A stretch of DNA of 64,000 nucleotides, taken from Eledone cirrhosa. Its lineage: Eukaryota. Below, piece after piece: positions 51,031 to 64,000 of the stretch. Made by a program: the position numbers and the translations under genes. How positions within the stretch are numbered: position 1 is the first letter of the stretch; the number at the start of each line of letters is the position of its first letter. The stretch covers positions 391,034,001 to 391,098,000 of the forward strand of contig OZ024740.1 of assembly GCA_964016885.1 (NCBI GenBank), given 5' to 3'. A model generated the notes under the pieces. That model had not been told where the DNA came from. It ran no database searches and saw only the letters and a program-made list of their open reading frames with translations.

Positions 51031-53739
51031 AAGCTCCTTAATCTTCTACATTTAGACTTCACATATGTATGACACAAACAATTTGTACCATACCTGTACT
51101 ACCTCCATAATTAGAGACCTGAAAGGAAACAGTTTTGTATCTCACTCGCTTTAAAAAAAAATGTCAAATGCTGGGCTCCACAGCTCTGCTGATATCTCAT
51201 GGTGATATCAAATATTTATATAACAATGCATCTCAAAGACTAAAATTCCTCTTTAGTGCTAAAAATTATTTCATCCCTGATCAGTCGGTGGATACAAGCA
51301 TGGCCAAATGGTAAACAAGTTTACTTTTCAATCATTAGGACCCAGGTTTGATCCCGTTGCATGGCATCTTGAGCAAGTGTTGTTTATGTTAGTCAACCCA
51401 AACCTTGTGAGTGAAACTGGGTAGATAGAAATTGTTTGATGGACTGTACCTGTATTTCACATATTGTGAAATACTGAATCTCATTCAGAACTATGTTATG
51501 GGTACACATGTCTGTGGAATGCTTAGCCACTTGTATGGTAATTTCACAATCAGACTATCTCCTTGGTCAAATAATCAGAACAATTGTTGAAATCAGCATA
51601 GGTCTTTTCTATTTCTTTTCATTCAATTACTGACACTGTACAAAGTTCTTGACCCATTTTAGAGAGCTTCTCACATAACTGGGATTACTGCAAAATCCCC
51701 CCAAAACGCTAACTGATTAACAATGATTCACTCAATCAATCAGTTTCTCAGATATGTTAACAGCCTTCATTTCTGTAAACTTCACTCAGACCAGCATAAC
51801 TCTCCTCTTTCCATCACCTGTAATGCGTTTCACCCCACACATTTCACACTAAACCCAGTTTTTTAAATTATATTCCTTCCTATACGGAATTTACAGGAAC
51901 TTCATAATTCCTTTTATTCCCTCTCTCTCTCTCTATATATATATATACATATATCATCAACATCACCATTTTACATCCATTTTCCACACTATCATAGGTT
52001 AGACAAGTTGTCCTACTGTAGGCAATGTTAGGTCAGGTGACCATGTCTTGCTTATACAGAACTGATTTTGGCTTGGTTTCTATGCCAACCTCATTTACAG
52101 TGAGTACTGGGTGTTTTTTTGCCGTGACGCCTACACAACCATTTTACAGTGTGGGCTGGGTACTTTTCATTGTGTCCCTACACAACCACTTTATAAGTGT
52201 GGGCTGGGTGCTTTTTGTCGTGACACCTGCACAACCACTTTACAGTATGGGCTGGGTGCTTTTTATACATCTGATACACTTTACACTACATATATAACGA
52301 GTGGGTAGAAAGAAATTTTTATATACTCTATACTACATATATATATATATATATAACAAAGAACAAAGGTGTGGTAAGATACCAGGTGGACCAGAGTACT
52401 TGATACTTAGGGTAGAAGAATGGGTAATATGAAAAGAGTTCGGACCCCGACAGCTGAGCTCTGGCCATTTCGACAGCTAGATCTGAACTGTTCGGATCTA
52501 GCTGTCAAAATGGCTGGAGGTCAGCCGTCCTGACTCTTTTCCTATATATATTGTGGTCATATATCTGATATACTCTACACTACAAGTCATTCTCTCTGAT
52601 TTAATATTTTACTCCCTGACAAGCCATTCTCTCAAGTGGTGTATGTGGTTTTGGGGCAATCAAGAATTTCAAGCTAACATCTATAGCTAACAATAGAACC
52701 TTATTCTAAGTTTAATTATTCAAGTCTGAGCCATTGCAAAATAGCAATATCGTTAAAACCTGACAAGAATCCTGGCAGTGATTAAGATGTAGTTATAAAT
52801 AATAAATCAAATTCTTAACATTTTTTTTATAGATTGCCAAGTTTCTCTGGCTTCTTAGATATCAAGGAAAACTACTACTAAAACAAAATAAATTCTCTTA
52901 TTTAAAGTTACATTGTTAAACTGATTATATGAAGAAAAAAACATAATCCTATACAACAAAACATGTTATAGACACAAAATTAACTTTTTAGAGGGCTACT
53001 AATTTTAAAAGGATGGCAAGAGTAGGGAGAGTTCTTCAGTCATGTCAAACTTCTTTAGTGCTGGTGCCATGATAAAATGTATCCAGTATACTGTGTAAAG
53101 TGGTTGGTATTAGGAATGACATCAGTCATAGCAATCATACCAAATAAGTAGAGAGGACTCTTCATCTGTCAAGGATACAATAAAATACTTCCAGTTTGCC
53201 TTGTAAAGTGGTTGGTGATAAGAAGGGTACATAGTTATAGAAAACTTGTCAAACAAAGGGTTGGATGGACCTTTCAGCTGTTTCAAAGATATGACAACCT
53301 TCCTAGTGTTAGTTTCATGATAAAATGTACTTAGCAGAGAGTGGGATGCAGGCCTCTTGTTCATCTGAGAGGTCAGTAGATCTGGCTTGATTATTGATTC
53401 TGTCCGACACTTGTTAGCAGGGAAAATGGACACTACACAATAATGTTGATGATGAAGTATCATACAATCTGCTCTATTATTAGATAGAGAATTATTTTGT
53501 TGCCAACAGAAGGTGCATGGCCTAGTGGTTAGAGTGTTGGACTTACAATCATGTCTTGGGTTCAATTTCTGAACTGGGTCATGTGTTGCATTCTTCAGCA
53601 AAATACTTCATTTCACATTGTTCCAGTACACTCAGCTGAAAATATGTACTAGCAGGGAGGGGTGAGGGTTAACCATGAGATAGACTGGTACCATTTCCAG
53701 TTGCTTAATGCCAAGGAAATTGGCATCTGGGTTTCAGAC

Positions 53740-54880
53740 AGACAGCAAAAGCTCTCTGAACTCTTCAATCCTATTGAAACACTCTCCTCCACTGCCTGAT
53801 AGGCCACCTATGTGACAAAAGCTATCAACTACATCTAGGGATCCCTCTCAGCATTTAGAAGGATTTCCTGGCTGCTCTTACTTTTAACTACTGGCAGCTA
53901 CTACATACATAGCTGTTCTCTTTTGCATTGTTTCCATATGGAATTGCTATTTACTAGTTTTCTGCATTGTGAACATAGCCACTTCATAGATGGTTGTAGA
54001 ATCTGTCTTCTTTCTCAAATTATAACTTTAGCCTTTGCTAAGTTTACCTTAAAATCTCTTGATTTTAGGCTTTGTTTCTACATCAGGAATTTTTCCATTA
54101 CATTTTCAGTTATGAGAACTAGGTCACCAGTATAGAAAAATTCTCATGGACTGCTGGGTTTAATTGTTTTGAGACCACACCACTTGAAACTACCCCTAGT
54201 TCCCTAATAGAGGTTAAAATGGAGAAAGTTAGTTATATAACTAAATCTCACCAAATTCTTGATTATTTTCAAAATGATGTGAAAACCATCGGTAGTGATA
54301 AAACAGGTTCCACTCCTATTATGGTTTGGAGTATTACAAAAATGAGGTGAGGGTGGGGACAGGCTAAAAACAAACTCTGATTTACATCTACTTGCATGTT
54401 GAATTCCTCACTGAACACATTTACTATGTTGACAGCATCTCTGAACAACTTACTCAGCTCTCTCAAGCCATTCATATACTCCTACGTTTCTTAGCAACCA
54501 CCAAACAACAGCATGTGCTATTCTGTCAAATGCCTTTTCTATATCAGCAAATACTAGGTATAGTGGCTTGCTCTTAGCTAAGAATTTCGTCTGCAATTGT
54601 CTCATTAGATGACTTCAGAGGTACCTTGCCCTGCATCTCATCTAAGACATCTTTCCAATTAATTGTGCTATAACTCAGTCCATCAGTTTGATGCCTCTCT
54701 AGTTTTTTTTTCAAAAATATCTCCTTTGTCCTTGTAGCAGTTGAGCATATTACTGTCAGTCATTGGCAATGATTCCTTTTCCTGAACAACCTGACCAGGT
54801 TAATGATCAGCGTACGTCCTACTTTTGCATCTCATTGACTGTCCTTGATAGTTTGGCTGCTTTCTATGACTGCATATCCT
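53740..54880 (-). mobile_element. Old fragmented RTE LINE
   Basis: Minus-strand remnants of RGIKLMD, YTGDLVL, KVNLAKAKV, a finger remnant and VVDSFCHIG; interrupted by MITE sequence. Confidence 0.6.
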
Positions 54881-54883
54881 TAA

Positions 54884-55094
54884 CCCTTTAGCATTTAAAC
54901 CAGCTGTAACTGGCCAGAATTCTCTCACCTCTTTCTGTTCAAACTGGTCACTCATACTGATGTTAAGGTATTGTTCTCAAAATAAATAATATAAAAATCT
55001 CATAGATTCAATATTATGCGAGATAATTATGTAAGGTAAAACCTTTACTGTGAAAATATAATAGTATATATAGAATAATGTAAATGTTAAAGGG
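54884..55094. mobile_element. piggyBac-like MITE (about 210-bp family)
   Basis: TTAA-CCCTTTAGCATTTA...TAAATGTTAAAGGG-TTAA. Confidence 0.88.
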
Positions 55095-56819
55095 TTAATA
55101 GCTATTTTAACTGTGCACCAAGTACACTGTTAAATGTGGGATATGAGGAAGGGTACCAAGACCTGTTTCTGTGAGCCATCTAGTCTTTTACTGAAACTAT
55201 TCATCCAACCCATGCCAGCATGATGATGATGGTCTATCTGAGATATTCCTCCTCTCTTCCCCATGATAGTATTTCGATGCAGCAGTAGGGGTTAATGTGC
55301 TGCTATGGTACCATACACTTATTTCACCCATGATAGCCTGATTCCTTCTGACACACTACTTAGAAGTTCATAATCACAGAACATTGGCAAATCTCTTACT
55401 TTTTCACTTCTCTCCTTGATAACTATATATAATATTTAACTTCTACATATTCCTTGTACTCTTTACTTTCTTTAATTCTTTCCAGGTCTGTCTCTTAGTT
55501 TTATGGCTTTATCTATCATACAATCATCGTTTTAAATCCATTTTTCCATGCTTGCATGGGTTTTTTCTAACACAGCCTCCTTCCAATTATTGCATTCCTT
55601 CATCATCTACTCAGTGTTTTCAGATCAACTCTCAACATATTTACAAAATTTGGTTACCAAAACTCCCCTCTTTAAGTTCAGATCAGAATTAAGGCAAACT
55701 AAAAGTTATGTTTTTTTTTCAACAATAAATTATATGCTCATGATTAAATTAATAGAAACTGTTTCAACGTAAACATTTGAAAAAATAAAGCAAACAAGAC
55801 ATATCAAATATAAAAATATATTTATTATCAAAATTTATGTATTTGTGAAAATGTGTGCAAGAATGAATATAAGTGTTTGTGTATGTGTATGTGTATGTAT
55901 GATTGCATCTGTATGAAGAACATTATATATGTAAATATGTTCTCATATAAATATTCATTTGTATTTTAAAAAATAAATCTCTTATGAAGTTTAATAAATA
56001 GTTTTAAAAAATATATTTATATATAAATTGACGAATAAATATAAAGAAAAAAAAATAGTTGGATGGAATATTTTCCATTTTGTTATTTTGATTGATGGAG
56101 TTGATTGTGATGTGAAGTCTTCCAAGATTTATTTCACACGAGATGGGAAAAAAAAGAAATGGCTGCAAAGTAGAATTCAAAGACATCAAACGTTTCATGG
56201 CCTCAGTTACTGGTAGTGGCAGTGTAAAAGACAAAACCACCAAAAGATTTAGATTTATCACAGCATACTTCATTGCATATTGCTATACCACAGCATAACA
56301 GGGTTTCTTAACACTTGATGGAGCTGTGGGGGTGCCACTGTAACATAGGGCATTTCAACCTGGCAGAGCCTATCTGTCTTCAGGAAGGAAAAAAAATAAA
56401 ATATACAGCTCACACCCATACAGGTTTAGCTGGCCTCCTACAAGATTGAATGCCTTAGTAGTTGAATCTCAGATATTTTAATGAAGAGGCCCCAGCCTTA
56501 TCATAAAAAACAATGTGAAATGAATTGTCTTGCTCAAGAATACATCACAACAGGAATTAAATCCATGACAATATGATCATGAGTCCAACACCCAAACACC
56601 AACCCATTCCAGGTTGGAACACAGCTGATTTGGGAGAGCGATAAGAATCGACCTCAGTACTGAAGTGGAACTTTATCTATTGACCTCAAAGGGATAAAAA
56701 TCAAAGTTGACCTCAGTGGGATTTGAATTTCGAGTGCAGAATCGGAACAAATACTGCAAATCATTTTATCCTATATTCTAATGCTTATTTGTTGCAAAAT
56801 AATAGGTACCAAATCAGTT

Positions 56820-57115
56820 AGTGCTAAGAAAGAGTTGACTATCAGATCAAACCAAGGAAACAATGTTTCCATTGTTATTTCTATTACTGATACTATCTGC
56901 CTGCCACAACTCACAATTACTGGCAGAAGAAAGATACTCATTATCAGATCAGACCAAGGAAATAATGTTTCCATTGATCTTTCCATTACTGATACAATCT
57001 ACCTGTCACAACTATCGACAGAAGGAAAGTACTCATTGTCAGATCAGACCAAGGAAACTGTTTGTATTGGTCTTTCCATTATTGATACTACCTGCCTGTT
57101 AGAACTCCTAGCAGG
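56820..57115. repeat. ~95-100-bp tandem repeat (3 units); related array at 58040-58240
   Basis: Recurrent ATCAGATCAGACCAAGGAAACAATGTTTCCATTG...CTGATACTATCTGC. Confidence 0.8.
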
Positions 57116-58294
57116 ACAAAATGAGATTTGAATGCAGAACGATTCACTGCCTCCTGGACTGGTTTTTTTTATTTATCAACTCTGGTTTGTACTCAGAGCA
57201 CAGTGAGCCAGAACAAATACTGTGGCTTTTAATCTCATGCTCTAACAACTCTACTAATTTTCTGGCTATATATGCTAATACAGTTAGTTCCTACAAACTA
57301 AATAATGGTTTCAACACTATTAAAATTCATCTGCCTCAGGTAGTGGCAATGTAAAAAGCTCATCACTTAAAAGATTTAGATTTATCACAGCTTGCTTAGT
57401 TGCTTACTAAATCAGTACCAATCTAGTTAATGAAAATAAAAAAAATTACAACTCATACCCAAGCAGGTTTAGTTAGCTTCCTACGAGGTTACTTGGGCGT
57501 TTTAATGACAGGGGTCTGGTCGATCATGAAAAGCAACATGAAATCAAGCACCTTGCTCCAAAGCACATGCTGCCTGGTCCTGAAATCAAACCCATGTACT
57601 TAAGATCATTAGACAAACACCCTAACCCCTAGGCCACACACCTTCACTTCAGTGTATAGTTGTAGGAAACTGAAATAAAATGATTTAAGAGACAAACATC
57701 ATAGTAAACATATAGCCACAATGATTTAAACATGTAGCTACAAAATGTAACTGTATCAGGTATCTCTCAAGGGAGAGAAAAAAAAAACCCTTTGATAACA
57801 CACGCGCATGCTTTCTTTTACTTTTTTTTTATTTTTACTGATCTCAGTTATTAGACTGTGGCCATGCATACAGCCCTAACAAAGATCTCTAACTATTGAT
57901 GACCCAGTCTAATGTATATAAGGTTTACTGGCTCACTGCTTAAATTATGTGATGGCAGTCTAAAGATAAAACATTAAGAAGGATAGTCTTTATGATAGAG
58001 AGTCTAATACACTGATGAGGTATTCCATGTTTCAGGAAATGAGCTGATCATCAGATAAGACCAAGGAAACAATGTTTTCATTGCTGATACTATCTGCAGA
58101 TAACAACTCCTGACAGAAAGAAGGAACTGATTATCAGATCAGACCAAGGAGATGTTTCCATTGCTGATACTATCTGCTTGTCACAACTCCAGGCAGAAGG
58201 AAGGAACTAATCATCAGATCAGACCAAGGAAACAATGGACTAGTATTTTATTTATCAACCCTGAAAATTGGAACTAACACAGAGACATTAATAT

Positions 58295-58480
58295 GTTTCT
58301 ACTTTTGGCACAAGGCCAGCAATTATCCCAGTGCATTACTGGTACTTTATTTCATTGACCCCGTAAGGATGAAAGGCAAAGTTAACCTCGGCGGGATTTG
58401 AACTCAGACCATAAAGGACCGTAACTCTATGCTGCAAAGCATGGTGTCCGACCCTCTACCGATACTGCCAATCCACCGCC
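58295..58480 (-). mobile_element. Full-length SINE family A with 15-bp TSD
   Basis: Starts GGCGGTGGATTGGCAGTATCGG; CAGAGACATTAATAT (58280-58294) and CAGAGACATCAATAT (58481-58495) flank it. Confidence 0.9.
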
Positions 58481-60079
58481 CAGAGACATCAATATAATGC
58501 CCGAAAAACTGCCAACTCCTTGCCTATTTAATGATCCAATGACTTATGAGGAATCTTTATTAGAGACAGAAACAAATGGAATCTATAAATAATTTCTCTT
58601 TCGAGTGTTAGAATACATTAAATGTTTCACAATTTTAGAACCATAGTTGACAAACTGTTTTGGAACTTGTACTACACAGGAAAAACTGACATGCCACTGA
58701 ATTAGCCTTAATAAAGTATATATATGTGCTGATGCCCATCTTTTTCCTTTCAGTGGATGTATATATTCCGTTATTATTAAACCATTTTATCTAGTCAAAA
58801 AGTTACAGCAAAGTCTTCTATTTCAATTTTCAAATTTCACTCACCACTTTCTAAATATATTTCCTTTATATACATATACACTTTTATATAAGGTGCAGGG
58901 GTAGATAAACCACACCTCTTTATGTTTATAATATTTGGTTTCAGCTTTTAACTTGTACATAAATTGCATATTACTTTTCAGAAATAATGTTTGCAACCTA
59001 ACTTGCAGTTGTGTTGAAATAAAAAGAAAACATTTTAAAACTAAGTCCTGAAGCTGTAGATATCACTGCAATGGGATTTTATGCCCAAAACAAACAGGTT
59101 AACTAATGCTTTTAAACTACCAATACTAATTGCCAATATGTATAACATCTAATGGACATTATGACTACAGCTGGTTGATGAAAATTGTGTATATGTTTCG
59201 CACACGTGGAAGTCATTTCTGTTTCTGCACAAAAAGTAATTAACTTATATTCATTTACAATTGAATATCGACATGACAAACTTGTTTAACATACTTGATC
59301 ATTTGCCTCTGAACATGTGTGTAGAGCTTCCTCCTTGTGTATATGCATCTGTGCACATGCATGTGTGTTAGTGAGAGCTGCAAAATTTAAGCCCAGAAAG
59401 AGGTTCTGGAAATAAGTTGCATATGACTTTTCATACCTGATATTTTAGTGAAAGTCATTATGTGCATTGATATATTTCTAGACTAGTTCAAACCCATCAC
59501 TAACATTATACTATTTTCGATTTTCCACACAAACAATTTATAATCCTAATAAAAAATATCACAATAATAATAAAAGGGAATAAAAAACGATTTTTGGCCA
59601 TCGTTTTGACAATAAACCAATTTCAATGTCACTTTCCTAAAATATATTTAGATTATTATAAACATCAAAATAATATTTATATTCATATAAAACACATATA
59701 CTCACACAAGAACACTAAATTTATGTAAGCAGTAATCAATGTCAGTGTGTGTGTGTTTATATATATATATATAATAATGATGATGATGATACATATGTAT
59801 AGAATTATATCTATCAATATATACTATGTTGTCTACACGAAGAGGCAATTTTTAGTTTAATAGAAGATAATATAACAAAAACAAAAAGTTTTACACATAT
59901 ATACATCAGCATCCTAATATTATTTATATATATATACACATATCAGATAAAAATGTGATAAATGCAATAAATGAAGTATTTAAATGAAAAAGAATAAAAG
60001 TAATCTAATTATGCAACAAGATTTGAAGAAAATCCTCTTTGAAATGGGATGATGTATTGAGAAATGACAATACAACACC

Positions 60080-60852
60080 AATAATGGGTTCTTATTTTGG
60101 CACAATTTGTGGAATGGGGAAAGCCAATTATATCGCCCTCAGCACATAACTGGTACTCTGTTTTATCAACCTGGGTGGCATGAAAGGTAAAATTGACCGT
60201 AGTGGGATTTGAACTCAGAATGTAAAGCCCAGAACTAAATATTGAAAGACACTATCAAATGTTCTGAGGATTCTGCCAATACTGGAAAGATAATAATAAT
60301 TGTTTCTACTTTTGGCACAAGGCCAGCAATTATCCCAGTGCATTACTAGTGCTTTATTTTATTGACCCCGTAAGGATGAAAGGCAAAGTTAACCTTGGCG
60401 GGATTTGTACTCAGAACTCTATACTGCAAAGCATGGTGTCTGACGCTCTACCGATACTAATAATAATGATAATGATGATTCCATTGCAGTAGAACTGTGC
60501 CAGTGACCAGGTCACAAACAGTGGAACTGTATCAGTGAGCAGGTCACAAAGAGTACCACAAAAATGTTGACACCAAGAAATAAATGATAAATGTAAAGTG
60601 AATTTAACAGTCTTTGTGTTTTTGAATAACACAATGTAATACTTATTTCTAATTTAGACACAAGGTCAGTAAATTTGGAGGAAAGGTAAAGTTGATTAAA
60701 TTAACCCCAGTACTTGACTACAACTTTATTTTATTGACCCTGGAAGGATGAAAGGTAATATTGGCTGGATTTGAACTCAGAATGTAAAAACTAGAACAAA
60801 TACCACAATGAGCATTTTATCCAATGCTCCACCAATTCTGCTAATCCACCAC
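60080..60852 (-). mobile_element. Cluster of three SINE family A copies
   Basis: Copies at about 60080-60285, 60296-60458 and 60645-60852, each with the central domain and GGATTTG(A/T)ACTC. Confidence 0.75.
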
Positions 60853-63206
60853 CCTCTTCTACAAAGTAATATTAACAATAATTTCTAACATAATTTGAGT
60901 AAAAGGTATCATTGATGATAGTATTGAACAAAGTATTTGAGGGGTCTATATTCTTATTAGTCCTGGAAGAATGAAAAGCAATGAATGGTAAACATCAGAA
61001 TGTAAATATCTCAAGACAGTATATCTGCTGCTCTGCCATTTGATACTATCTTAATATAACAATAACAATGTGTGAGACAAGAAAACAAAATATGCATAAT
61101 TCAATTATTTTCCATATTCTAAAATCATTCAACATTCTCACTGTCACCATATATATATACACACACACACACACTGAAAGAGAGCATTTTAATTTAATCA
61201 TATAAAAGTTATTTCATGATAGAATTGTAAATAAATGTTCTTTAGTTTGTTTTAGCCATCATGCCTAAGGTCATGGAGGAGCACCTCTTTGTGTCATGGC
61301 ATGACAAAACAAATAAATTATACTATTTTAGAATACAATATTTTAACTGCTGTTTGCTTAAAATACAATCCTGTATTTAAGGATAAACCAAAGAGGTTTT
61401 TTTTAGTTGGAACCACTTTTGTATAATTTGAATCCATTGAATAAAAAATAATCCTATTTTAACTACTACTAAACTCGAAAAATTGAAAAGAAACTTTATA
61501 ATGACATTGATTTAAATGATATTTTTCATATTAATTTATTTTTATAATTTAGTTTAGTTATTTAGTAATTAACTAGTTAGAGTTGATTATCTTTGCTGTT
61601 AAAGAATATTAACCATTTTGATTGATTCCAAACAATGAGAAAACCAACCCTTATACAATTACATTTATCTAAAAACCTTCTGCCATGATTTTATGCAAGA
61701 AACTTTGTTAACTAAGAAAATTAGTTAGATTACTAAATCCCTCCAAATTCTTGATTATTTAAAAAATCATAAGCAGTGGGTTTTTTTTTTTTAATTAGAA
61801 ACATGATAATGAAAGGGTTAAACAAATGATAGCACCAAGAGAAATCAAATTTGAAGATTAAAAACAAGTAAATAAAAATATTCAAGAATCATAATTAGAT
61901 GAATTAAAAGAATCTTTTTAAACACACCTATTTTATCTATTACAAACATCTAAAAATTAAAGAATTGTTTTGCTTCATACACCAGCTTGAAGTGTTTGTA
62001 TTTATCTAAAAACTTTCCATCACAACTTTATATAAGAACCTCTGTTATGTTCCTAACACCAGAGTAATAATGAGAAAACTGGTCCTATTACTAAATCAAT
62101 CAAAATTATTTGAAAATCGGTGTCTCTTTCATTAGAAATAAGGTAATGGAAGGGTTAATAAGATAATTCAAGCAATAAGGAAGCAGTTTCAATGCATTTT
62201 CAAGGTCTTTCTAATGATGATGATAATAATAATAATGATGTATTCACATAAAGGTAACTTTGGAATGTAAAGCAGGTTTCTGGTAAGACTTTAGAATGTA
62301 CTGAGATTAAAACCTTATTTAACTGAAATTATTCAATAAATGAATGTGAGGGTAAATATATTATTTTAAAAATATAACTACCTGTAATACATGCAGCTGT
62401 TTCATGATCCCACTTGTTAATTTATAAGAAATAAAATTATATTGTTTCAAAGAAATCTAAACTTGATTTGAGGGTTTAAAAAAAAAGTGAGTGAAAATAA
62501 TGAAAGGAAAAACATTAATGTGTAAGTTGCTGACCATTCCACAAACATGTGTACCCTTAACATAATTCTCAGATATTCAGTAAGCTTATGGTAAAGAACA
62601 CTAGTCCAAAATGCCATGCAGTGGGATCAAACCCAGGACCTTATGATGGCAAAGAATATTTCTTGGCCATTCTGGCATGCTGTATCCATGAAATATGGAC
62701 AAATGAATATATGCATCAAGCATTATTTTTAAAAGTGTCCTCTTAAATAAAGTATTTAAAAAATAGTGTTATCTTTATCAGAAAAATACTTTTAATTTGA
62801 AATTTCTATCGGTATCAAACCATTTACCTGGGTTCCAGATATCCAGAAAATCCTGGAAACTGGTTATTTTGGGATTTGGTGCACTAGCACTGCACAACTA
62901 TTTTGCTTTTAAACTGTGGCATATGTGTTGACTCACATGCCACTGTTATTTTAAAAAACTTTGACCTAAAATGAAACACACCTTGCTTTAGATATGTATT
63001 AATTTGTATTTGTTGAATTCCTAGACTGTACCCAGAAATCTAGCAAATACAGAAATTTAGACCACGTTCAGTCCTAACTTAATCTTACAGGATAAATGGT
63101 TTGGTACCTGTATTTAAACCTGTATTTAATTCTTTAAACCAATTACAGGTTCTAACTTAGACTTGCTTTTTCACAAAGTTTGTTTTGTTTATTGTATACA
63201 TATTTA

Positions 63207-63252
<46 letters not shown>

Positions 63253-64000
63253 CATTTATTGTCTGTTTTCGGTTGGACTATATATATATATATATATAAT
63301 GGAAAAAAAAAAAATGATAAAAAAAACATTTGTAGAATATATAGTCTGCAAAAGTAGTTGGTCTGCATTATGGCATTTATAGCCAAGTTAACTAGTGTCA
63401 GAGAAAGTGGAACTGCTTTACCAATAGTGATGATATACTGGCTTCTCTGGGACATTGGTGGTAGTTTACAAACAGCCTGATACTTATACTGGCAGACAAA
63501 AAGCAAATTCTATGTTTATTCTGCAAACATCAATGATTTGTCAATGCACTAATGGAATGGTTTTTGTGTAAGGTTAGTTGGAAAATATTTATAATTTATA
63601 GTTTACTCTCTCTGCATGCTACCTTTCGAAGAAAAAAAAAAATTCATTTATAGAAGTGAAGAATGTAGTTCAACAGTTAGAATGCTTCAAGACAGGCTTT
63701 GCTGGCTTCAAAATGACCAGCCATACAAATAGTTGATTAAATAAAAAGCAAAAAGAAAGGAGCCGGTTGTCAGAGCAAGGAAACTATGATTCCTTTGATC
63801 TTTCCATTGCTGATGTTAGCTGCCAGTTGCAGGATTTGAACTCAATGCACAGAGCTGAATCAGATATAGCAAAGTATCTCATCCAACTCCTTAAATGAGT
63901 TCACTAATCTCCTACCCATAGGCTTGTACTTATTTAGTGATCCAGGAAAAGGTGTAAGGCAAAGTTGACTGTGGTAGAATTTAATCGCAGAGAGCCAGAT

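Noticed and set aside
61245-61316. Imperfect hairpin considered as SECIS or pre-miRNA
   Set aside because: Lacks correctly spaced SECIS core and apical adenosines; stem is too bulged; no linked selenoprotein ORF.

Overview
AT-rich, repeat-dense animal genomic DNA; the repeat complement suggests a coleoid cephalopod such as Octopus (inference). The only host coding sequence I recognise is the first coding exon of CCDC6 (minus strand, 47096-47335, ending in a GTAAGT donor). I found no further CCDC6 exon, so 1-47095 is probably one very large first intron. That intron and the upstream region hold a near-full-length decayed L1/Tx1-type LINE embedded in a TG/TC microsatellite, many RTE LINE fragments, two tRNA-derived SINE families, TTAA-flanked piggyBac-like MITEs, two non-autonomous Helitrons and several tandem arrays. 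Best leads: (1) a C4HC3 PHD-type finger inside the RTE reverse transcriptase; (2) a 12-kb-spaced inverted repeat with a near-identical core that covers a candidate poison exon; (3) (TA)n-centred palindromes, including a 1.2-kb one with perfect 50-bp unique arms; (4) a likely microsatellite-targeted Tx1 element with a hairpin just before ORF1; (5) an RTE insertion with a twin-priming-like inversion. All calls are by eye and coordinates of decayed repeats are approximate.
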